Source of the DNA: Vicugna vicugna
Taxonomy: Eukaryota
Direction of reading: 5' to 3'
DNA: 64,000 nucleotides
Assembly (NCBI GenBank): GCA_013265495.1
Contig: MU058844.1
Coordinates: 4,765,535-4,829,534, forward strand
The notes below the pieces were generated by a model, which saw only the letters and a list, made by a program, of their open reading frames with translations, was not told where the DNA came from and searched no databases. Positions 54,507 through 64,000 of the stretch are shown here, piece by piece. The translations under genes were made by a program, and so were the position numbers. The first letter of the stretch is position 1; the number at the start of each line of letters is the position of its first letter.

Positions 54507-54989
54507 ACATATGTATTAAAATTTATTATTTATTTAATCTTTTGAACAATTTTAATAGAAAACCAATCATTATACATATGGTAGAAAATCTACTAAAACA
54601 AAAATAGATATAGGGAATGTTTTTAGGCTGAAACAAGAAAACTATTTTACTGTGGGAAGCTGTTTCAGCTTCAAAATACTTTTGAAGATATTTTGAAGAT
54701 TAAGTTATTTATTATATAAATGGTTTAAACCACAGTTGAAATATAGTAGGTGTTCAAAAGGGAAGCTATTAATATTTATAAAACATGAACAATGATATTT
54801 ATTGATTAGGTGGCTTTAAGAATGAAACACCATGATCTGTCTACGTAGACATTATTAGTATGTTCCCTCCCCTTCCCCTCCACCCCCTATATTCAAGTTC
54901 AACATACTGGAAATTATAGCTATCACCGTGTTCATTTACTGTTTACTACAAAAACATAGACTGAAGCCAGAGACAGTTTCTTGTTAGAA

Positions 54990-55140
54990 AGGGAGTATGA
55001 TGTAGTGGAAATTACATGGATTTGGGGTCAATAAAAATGTCAGTTTTTCAGTTATTAATTCTAGTTTTCTCAACTGTAAAACAGGGATAATACTACAAAC
55101 CTTCTAGCACTGCTAACAAGATTAAGAATTAAGACCGTGT
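54990..55140 (+). mobile_element. MIR
   Basis: gtatgatgtagtggaaa...catggattttggggtca...tctcaactgtaaaacagggataatac. Confidence 0.7.
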
Positions 55141-55446
55141 ATATCATTCTGCTAAATTCAAATTCCCTGCACTTGAGGGTATGGAGACTTTGTCACTATT
55201 TTTGGTCATTGCTTTTACTCATTGCTGAAGAATTTTAAACATTGTTTTTTCTTAAAGTCGTCATAAATGTACTATAAAATACAAATGAAAAATTAGCATT
55301 TTTTTAAGTACTGGAGGTTTTACTCTCTAGAAAGTTATTTTAGTTGTGTTTCAGGTCTTCTCTTACAACACATTTCACCCTCTTCTCATTTTATAAGTAA
55401 TTCAGAGGGGATTTTTGTGAAAGGCTAACTATGAGAAACATTTAAT

Positions 55447-55538
55447 GGGGGAGGGGTTAACTCAGTGGTAGAGTAAATGCTTAGCATGCATGAGGTCCTA
55501 GGTTCAATCCCCAGTACCTCCATTAAAAAAAAAAAAAA
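55447..55538 (+). mobile_element. tRNA-Ala-derived camelid SINE (Vic-1 type), inserted in a MIR
   Basis: A box TAACTCAGTGG, anticodon arm TGCTTAGCATGCA, B box GGTTCAATCCC, CTCCA then polyA. Decayed TSD AGAAACATTTAAT (55434-55446) / AGAAGCATTTTAG (55538-55550). Confidence 0.9.
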
Positions 55539-57029
55539 GAAGCATTTTAGGCAATGTCTGGCACTTAATATGTGTTCAGTAATTTTTAGTTTCCCAAGCC
55601 CACCCAAAAAGCTTCATAAAATATTGAAATTGATCTTTGACTAGTCTTCCTTTTCTCTTCCCCACGACATGCACTATAGCAGCAGCCCTGTTCCAAAAAA
55701 TGTGAGTTACTGAAATAGTCAGAGGACAGAACAGTCCCCTGTCGACTTCATCTGCGTGGTTCTCTTTCTTTTCATTTGATGGAATGTCTACTGTTTGCTA
55801 CTCCCTACCACCTCATGGAACTTTCAGTTTATCCTTTCTGCATTACTCCTATAGCGTTATCTCTTCATTCTTGTCTTTCTTTTCTCCTGCATGTCAACTT
55901 TGACTTTTCTTTTTTTCCCTTTTCTTGCCTTCCTTTTCCTGGGATGACTATTCTAAATATATGAAGACTGAGCTATTGCAAAGATACTAATAATCATTTC
56001 TGAATGATTTAATTTACAAGGTAATTATATAAAAGTCAAATATGAAAAAAAATCACATTACACATTACTATTCAGAGAAAATTTCTCCTTAAAACAATTT
56101 TTCAAATGAAGGAGTATTTTCCTCAAGTATCTATTTTATAAAATTTAGATGATGATACATTTTGCTTCATAAAATAAAGCATATATATATGCTATTTGCT
56201 AGTATATATTCTATTGTGTACATATAATGCAAATTAGTCAATATGAAAAAAAGCAATGTTTAGCTCCTCCAAAATTTGGGATACAGAATGTAAATCCAAA
56301 GGGGATACTTTCGAAGGAAATGAGTTTTGAAAATGTTGCTGTCAACCAAAGCAAATGATGGACAGAGAGTTCTCTCAGGCAAAATCCTCAACTAGGAACT
56401 GAAAAGACCTCTTCCAGTAAAACAGAGAAGGTTTTATCTTCTCCTTTAAAAAAACTTCCCCCTAAATTTTAAAAGAAAACATAGAAATTAAAGGAACACC
56501 AACTTATGGATAACACAAAAAAGTAATTGTTTTTATAAAACTAAAAGTTAGGAGGATCTTTTTCATCTTCCTGCTCAAATTGCTTTAGGAAAGTTCCTGA
56601 AATTAAACATGGCACAGATTTTCTTTTTTCCCTGATGTTTTTAAGTTTAGAGTATAATAGAATATAAAATGGAGAAAGAAAATAAGTTACTTTGAGATAC
56701 AAGAGAGTTAAAAAAAAACCTTTTAAAGGCTAAATGAGTTTCTATGTATTTATGTTTTCAATCAATATTTGTTTAATGAATCACTAAATAATTAAGGCGT
56801 CCTCATTAAGGAATCAGTTGTTCAGTGATATATTTGAAGAATTGTGTATATAATGATAATAATAAACCAAATTGTGGTCTGAAATGTACATATATTTAGA
56901 AAGATTTCACTGTGGATAGATTATCCAAACTGACTTTTACAGAGTGTAATGATGTAAGTGGAAGGACAAAATTCATTTCAGAAGAATTTCAGGTTTGAGA
57001 ACATCATTGAGAGTTGTTGGAGAAAGTCT

Positions 57030-57340
57030 GTTTCATTTATTTATTCTACATGTATTTAAGAAGTGCCTGGTATATGCCAGACACTATCTTGATAGTGGGA
57101 TACATAGTTGGAAAGAACCCCAGGTGTAGAAAGCAGACACCCAGGTAACTGGTGTATAGTAAGTTCCATAATAGAGGTATGCCCATGAGGTTATGTAGAG
57201 TTAGAGAAGGGGATACTAAATTACTTGATTCTGTTATAGTTTCAGAGAGGAAGTAATACTGGGTTTAAAGCTTGAAAGATAGTGGGAGTTGTCAGGTGGA
57301 GAAGTAAACTGACATTCAAAGACTAGGAAAGAAAAGCAGC
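57030..57340 (-). mobile_element. L2 3' end
   Basis: ttcatttatttattctacatgtatttaagaagtgcctggtatatgccagacact...tggatacatag-like segment. Confidence 0.8.
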
Positions 57341-59229
57341 TCAAAATGCCTGTGTCTTGAATGAGAAAGGTTAAATTGTACAGGTGATTAAAGCTGTGAT
57401 TAAATAATTTTAAAATGGTTTTCTTTTCATAGCTAGAGAATCTAATAATTTAGACAGCAACATGGATCTATAAAAGAGCAGGTACTCACATGGTCTATAA
57501 TAGTTTGTTAAATTACCTCTGCTTTTCTGATTTAACATTTTCTTTTAAGTAGAAAAAATACATATACTATCAAAATATAAGTATAGGTACTATGAATAAA
57601 AGTAAAAATATAAGTATAGGTACTATACATATTAGTTTTATAAATGAAGTATGTGTAATGTGGATTATTTTAGAAAGTACCTGAAAAGCACTGTGATTTT
57701 TTAAAAAGTGTTTTTCCTACAATAGGTATTCTTTGATTAATGCCTGTGTCCTTTCCTTAATTCTCCTACACTTTTTTTTTTCTGCTAAATGCCACGCATT
57801 GTATCAGAAGATGTGGATTCACTCTTTAGTAATTAGATTTATTTAAAATATTATAGTCAAACTTCCATATCCAATGAAGTTTATCTTTGGTAATCTATAT
57901 ACTTTATAAAAAATGTTGCTATTTCCAAAATTATTTTGTATTTTTTTGGAGGGAACATTACCATCAAAGCAGGTTATAAGCTGGGCAAACAAATTAGTTT
58001 TCATTACTTTAGATTTATTCCTGACCCAGACTCTAATGTTTAGCCTGATCATCAAATTTATTTCTAACGCTTGCCTCTGGATGATTCTGAGATGTTTTAA
58101 AAATTAAATCAGCTCTCAAGGGACAAATATTTTTCACCATTATGGATATTTAAATACATGTGCTGTGGGCACAGAGGGCAATTCCCAAAGAGGAGCTACC
58201 TAAATATTTTGAGTAATAACATCTATGTTAGAAAATAAGTAGCCTCCTTAAATGAATACTTCAAAAAATTACTAATATAAATGTCCAAGTATTGACATGC
58301 TTATTAAAATTTATCACATTTCTTTGGAATCAGACTCTATGTAATCAGGAAGCATTTCAATTCAGTAATATTTCTTTCAAACATTTTGCCTGAATTGAAA
58401 ATAAATATCTATTATGAGGCTGCTTTACTATAAAAAGCTAAGTCCCAACATGTTAAAAATTGTGCTTGATTTTTATAAAATATAATACGTACTAGTTTAT
58501 AAAATATTAAAATTAAGAGGGTAGCAGAACTCTTTGTTCTAGATTTTAAAGTCCTTACATCTTATGATTCAGCATATTCCTGAGTGACATTCCGGCAAAC
58601 TAATCTCTTTAAGATCATGATAATAGATTCCTGATATTAGTGATAATTATTTTCATTAATTAAGTTGTGCTTGGGAAGTCAGTTGTTATTATGTCAATTT
58701 CTTCACATTTCTACAATGATAGAATTAAAATTCTAGTGTAATATGAAAAATCAAATAACTTAAACTTCTACTACAAGGTTAATTTGATTGTATGGCGAAG
58801 ATCACTTCCATTGATAAAAGCCAAAAGACACAGTCTTCTTATGTCAGGTTTGAATTATAATAATTTCAGTTGTTTTTTGTTAAATAAATATTAAGTTCCA
58901 GAATTCACTCACTTCTGCCCTTATTCAAAAGAATATACATCTTTGAAATTCTCTTATCAAAGCAAGCACATCAAAAGAATCTTAGAAAAGCCATAGATAT
59001 GTCTAACTAAATAGAGAATATGATAATAAACAAAGTCAAGAGGAAATTTTTATCACAAGAACGTAAAAAAAAAAACTCTCGTATGTGTCATTTATGTTTG
59101 CTGAAATGTGACACATAACTGAAATATACAGGAGAAGGACCAATCTTATTAAAAATATATTCAATAGAATAAATGGAGGTAGCAATGCTTATGTGCCAAG
59201 AATTCTATTCTATGGAAAATACCAAATTT

Positions 59230-59515
59230 GAAGGTGATAGTTAGGCTAACATCATATAGAGGGTGTAAATGAAACTACAAAGGGAGATATCACAAACTTA
59301 TTAAATGATAGTTTGGCAGTGAACTTTCAACTAGTCAGAAAAATGAGATACCTCATCCTACTTAAAACACTATTGAACTATTTCAGTGATGAGGTGACCT
59401 ATTTCAGGGAAATTGCTACATTGGACCTAATTTTTGTCACCATGAGGAAACTAATTTGCAATAGATGAAAAAATACTAATAGAAAATGATATTGTGATTT
59501 TAGAGTCCAAAATAA
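59230..59515 (+). mobile_element. CR1/L3 LINE endonuclease-domain fossil
   Basis: From 59403 it translates FREIATLDLIFVTMRKLI and later ENDIVILES, resembling CR1 APE motifs RG.A.LDL.LTNREEL and SDH..LEF. A GDFNY-like tttcaacta lies upstream. Confidence 0.6.
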
Positions 59516-60544
59516 TCAAAGTATAATGGACATATCAGTCATGAGTCTTATATCACTGACTCCCACACAGGATCATTCCTCTAATCACTTGGAAGCTCAG
59601 TCTTCTCTTCAGAATGACTGAAATCAGAATCTGCAAATGGAGAAAAGGAATCTGTATTTCCAGGGTTCCCACAGACAATCCTGTTGGGGAATTAGGTTTT
59701 CCAAATAATTTTGCTGGGAACTGCAGAACTGTAGGCCTTTGTCTTCCAGATTGAAATAGTTTACCTGTAATCATCAGTGCCCCAGCTCTGCTCAACTTTC
59801 TGGGAGTTGCTCTGTTTCTTTGGATGGAGAAAGTGTTGCATTGAAAAGGGAATTACAGATCAACCTTTTGGATATCTAAAAAATAGCACTCATACCAAAA
59901 GGAGGTAGCTTCCCAATATTCTGCAGACTTTGGTTTTTAGTTTGTTGTTTTGTTTTGTTTTTAATGAGAGTGGCAAACAATGGAGAAGAAAATAAATCTC
60001 TCCTTACCTACTCAAGAAATCAGACAAGTGTAGCCTAGCCTAGAAGTTTATCTACTATACTGCAATGCAGTTCTCTCAGGCTTTTACCTAGAGGAAATCC
60101 TTTCCACGTCTGGCAATTGGCTGACTGTCAGTTACAGTGTTCTGCATTGGGAATTTTTTAAAATTCTGCCTTTTATGTGTATATTAGTGGGAGTTGGAAG
60201 AGGATGCATCAGGGACTACCAGCCTGATCTTATTTTAATCCTAACTTCTGCCTCATTGATTCTGTGTGACAGATACAATTGTTTCACTTCCATTGTCCTC
60301 TGTCTTGAGATGCCCTCCTGACCAAGTGAGGAATTGAAAAAGAAAGGAACAGAACTGTAAATATTCTATGTGTTTATGTAAATGTTGGTCCTCTAATAAA
60401 TGTAAAATAAGATCTTACCGACTGCACTTTAGATGCCTTAGATAAATGAGGTCAACAAATACAATTGACCTTCATAGTCTACATCTAATAAGTTTACATT
60501 TTGCATTGTTGACTTAATCTCTACTGACATTATTTCATTTGAAG

Positions 60545-60665
60545 ACACTGATGAGTCCCTTTTATTACCTCTCTGCAAGGCAGATATGATGATACCTGGA
60601 TCCACAGAAGTTGATTAACTTGCCCAAATCTACACTGTGAACAACTCCATATGTATTTCTACTTT
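60545..60665 (-). mobile_element. MIR fragment
   Basis: cacagaagttgattaacttgcccaa. Confidence 0.45.
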
Positions 60666-61861
60666 CCCAGAGAAGATTCTTCCTTGATATTTGAGAATAA
60701 ATGAATCAAATACTCCCTGCATGGATAAGATATAATTTGATCACAATAAGCATATACATTTCTATTACTGAGTTTTAAACAAAAGTAAAACTCAGCCAAG
60801 TTTTAAGAGTATAAAGTTTTACAAATTAAACAGTAGTTTCTTAAAACTTGGGCAAATTCATTCTGTCACGATTTTTTGAGGTCTTAGAATGTCACTACAA
60901 AATGAATATATCTTGTTTCCGTCTGCTGACATTTGATGCTTGTCTTTAGGGAAAAAGCAGATGACTGCAGACTATATAGATTGCGAATTTAATAGTCAGC
61001 TTGAGTACTAAATTTCAGTGTATTGAATGTGAATGACTGCATCATTCCTTTGTCAAAGTTTTATTTACGCAGAGTGGTATGCACAGTTATTCCTTACCTA
61101 TAATGGAGATAGTTTCACGAATTTTCTTCCAATGAAAAGGATGACAACATTTAAATACTTAATATGTTAGTGCAGTTGCTTAAAACTCATGTCAAATATT
61201 GAGTTTCAAAGAAAGAAAAATTTTACTTCTTATTTTCCATTCTGTTAAATTAAAAAAAGGACTGGATTTAAGAGACCTGAACTCTTAATACATACAACTT
61301 TGCTATTTAACTCATTTTCTTTTCTTGGTCTTGCTTTTCCTTGCTTCCTTCTCCATAAAGTTGGGGGGTGAGGTTGGAGGTTACAGAGAATTAGCACACT
61401 GATATTTACACTCTACTCCCATTACATACTGTTGGCATGTGACATGAACAAGTGTTCTGTTGCTAATATCAAATCATAGGAATTTTTATCCAGTTTAAAG
61501 GAAGTGAGGGGAAAAGTTAAGATTGGGATATTTTTCTCACTGTAAAGCTTTCTCCCATAAAATTTTTCTTAATCCTTTAGAATCTAATACTTCCTCTCTA
61601 CTAATGAAGCCCAGCAGGTGATAAAATTAATGGGCAAATAGTAAATTGATATTAATTTGAACTGTAGAAAAGGGAAACACTAGAGAGCTCATTGTAACCT
61701 TACGCATGTCAATTCTTAGATTGTAGTAAACTCTACAAAGAAAGATACTATTATATTAGTCACAATAATATTAGCACCACCCTATTAAATACTACAGAAT
61801 AGAGAATAGTGACATAAATGGACTTATTGAGTTACTAACTTTATATTGCATACAAGTAAGA

Positions 61862-62806
61862 TAGCAGAGTCCCAGCTTCTGGTTCTATACATAAGGAATT
61901 TGGAAGTGGCCACTCTGTCCTAACAACAAGTAAAAAGCTGAATAGACTGAAAAGCAACAACTCTTCTTGGATTTATAAGAGTGGGGAGGACGCAGGGCAA
62001 ACTGCTACCCCGAAGATTGGAGTTTCAGACAGGTGAATACAAGGATGCCTAGCCTACTGGAGGAGAGAATCACAAGCAGAAACCACTATGGGAACCAATG
62101 CCTGGATAGAGAAGCCTGAACAGTAGTTGGCAAATTGCTGGAGGCTCAGTGTGGACAACTCTGAAAGTTAAAAACTTCTGGGGGACCAAGTCATCAAGGG
62201 GCCCCTAAGACCTAACTATATATTGTCTATAAAAACCCACTTTAATTATGAAGACACATACAAATTAAAAGTAAATAGAAGGAGAAAAATATGCTTTGCT
62301 AACACTAACCAAAAGAAGCAGAAGTAACTGCCTTAATTAGAGACAGAGCAAAATTCAAAACAAGAAAATTTATTAGGGAGAAAGAAAGGCATTACATAAT
62401 GATAAAGGAGTCAATTCATGTGCCCCCCACCAAAGCGTTAAACAATATGAGGCAAAAACTGATAGAACTGCAAGGAAAATATATGACTCCAGTATCATAG
62501 CTGGAGAATTTATAACCACTCTGTCAGAAATGGACAGATCCAACAGGCAGAAAATCTGATGGAAATAGTTGAACTCAAGAATACCATCAATCCACTGGAT
62601 ATAATTGACATCTATAAATGACATCATCCAACAAGAGCAGAATACACATTCTCAAGCTCACATGGAACAGTCACCAAACTAGGAAACATTTGGAACCATA
62701 AAACAAATATTAACAAATTTAAAAGAATAGAAACATACTATATCTGCTCTCAGACCATGGTGGAATTGAATTAGATCTCTATAAAGATATCTGGAAAATC
62801 CCCCAA
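61862..62806 (+). mobile_element. Old L1M: 5'UTR fused to ORF2 endonuclease region
   Basis: ctctgtcctaacaacaagtaaaaagctgaa (L1M 5' end); from about 62208 aagacacatacaaattaaaagta...gctcacatggaacagtcacc...tctcagaccat (APE domain). Confidence 0.85.
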
Positions 62807-62808
62807 TA

Positions 62809-64000
62809 CATCCATATCTCGGAGATATTCTTGGTTCAGCTTCTCAGACCACTGTAATTAAGCTACTATTAGAATAAAGTGATTCACATGTTTTTTTGTT
62901 TCCCAGAGCATATGAAAGTTATGTTTACACTACACTATAGTCTACTATGTGTGTAACAGCATTATGTCTGAAAAAACAATGTGTATACTTTATTTATTTA
63001 TTTATTTATTTATTTTTAGAGGAGGTGCTGGGAATTAAACCCAGGACCTTGTGCATGCTAGGCATGTGCTCTCCCACTGAGCTATACCCTCCCCACCATG
63101 CAATGTTGTTTGACAGCATTTTACCCACAGTAGAACTTCTTACAGACCAGAGTCAGTCTTCTGAAACCCTGCTGCTGCTTTATCAACTAAATCTGTGTAA
63201 TATTCCAGATCCCTTGTTGTTATTTCAACAATATCCACAGCATCTTCACCAGGAATAGATTCTACTTCAAGACATCCCTTTCTTTGTTTATCCAAAAGAA
63301 GACCCTCCGATCCATTCAAGTTTATCATGAGATTGCAGCAAGTCAGTCACATCTTCAGGTTCTACTTCCAATTGTAGTTCTCTTGCTATTTCCACCACAT
63401 CTGCAGTTACTTCCTCCACTGAAGTCTTGAGCTCCTCTAAATCATCTATGAGGGTTGGAATCAATGTCTTCCAAACTCATATTAATGTTGACATTTTGAT
63501 TTATTCCCATGAATTATAAATGTTCTTAATGGCATCTAGAATGGTGACTCCTTTCCCGAAGATTTTCAGTTGATTTTGCCCAGACCCATCAGAGGAATCA
63601 CTGTCTATAACTATAGCCTTACAAAATGTATTTCTTAAACGATGAGATTTGAAAATCAGAATTACTCCTTGAAGTATTAGCTGCAGAATGGACATTGGCA
63701 GGCATGAAAACAACATTAACCTTGCTGTACAGCTCCATCAGAGCTCTTAGGTGACCAGGTGTGATGTAAATGAGCAATAATATTTTAAAAGAAATCTTTT
63801 TTTTTTCCTGAGCAGTAGATCTCAACAGAGGACCTAAAATATACAGTAAACAATATTTTAAACCAATGTACTGTTATCCAGGCTTTGCTGTTCCATTTAT
63901 AGAGCAAGGCAGAATCAATTTAGCATAATTTTGAAGGGCCTAGGGTATTTGAAATGATAAATAAGCATTGGCTTCCACTTAAAGTTACCAGCTATGTTAG
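62809..64000 (-). mobile_element. Tigger1 DNA transposon, 3' half with decayed DDE transposase, continuing past the window end
   Basis: TA then TIR-like catccatatctcggagatatt. Minus ORFs [35 protein letters not shown] and [25 protein letters not shown]...TILDAIKNI match Tigger1/TIGD1-type transposase with frameshifts. Confidence 0.95.
62989..63094 (-). mobile_element. tRNA-Ala-derived camelid SINE (Vic-1 type) within Tigger1
   Basis: Reverse complement GGGGAGGGTATAGCTCAGTGGGAGAG...GGTCCTGGGTTTAATTCCCAGCACCTCC followed by an (AAAT)n tail. Confidence 0.92.

Noticed and set aside
55447..55522. Functional tRNA-Ala gene
   Set aside because: It has mismatched stems, an altered A box, a polyA tail instead of a T-run terminator, and a TSD, so it is a SINE.
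57572..57626. CRISPR-like repeat-spacer-repeat
   Set aside because: Only two units with an 11-bp spacer, in a mammalian context with no cas genes.
63140..63825. Domesticated TIGD1-like gene
   Set aside because: The transposase is split across frames, the DNAPGH motif reads YITPGH, and it sits inside a TIR-bounded Tigger1 copy.
1..64000. ORF-track entries as protein-coding genes
   Set aside because: All are short (up to 149 aa), many start at non-ATG codons, and they are low-complexity or lie in repeats. The only recognisable ones are L1 ORF2 and Tigger1 debris.

Overview
This is AT-rich, CpG-poor mammalian non-coding DNA, either intergenic or deep intronic. I found no protein-coding gene, functional RNA gene, CRISPR array or prokaryotic system. 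The host is most likely a camelid, because two tRNA-Ala(AGC)-derived SINEs of the Vic-1 type lie at 55447 and 62989. Most of the window is layered transposon fossils: young L1 3' ends with target-site duplications (TSDs), old L1M, L2, MIR, CR1/L3, MLT1/MLT2/ERVL/ERV1 LTR elements, MER5 and a Tigger1 running off the right end. The supplied ORFs are spurious, or are decayed L1 ORF2 and Tigger1 transposase fragments. The observations most worth following up are a probable short L1 3' transduction (18195-18219), a SINE without a TSD that appears to replace part of Tigger1, a two-LTR ERVL proviral remnant, two unassigned inserts that split L2 elements, and repeat-poor motif-rich islands (about 39-42.2 kb and 48.2-50.7 kb) that may be enhancers. 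I cannot support a novel biological system here. Repeat family names come from recalled consensus sequences, not from a search, and boundaries of old repeats are approximate.
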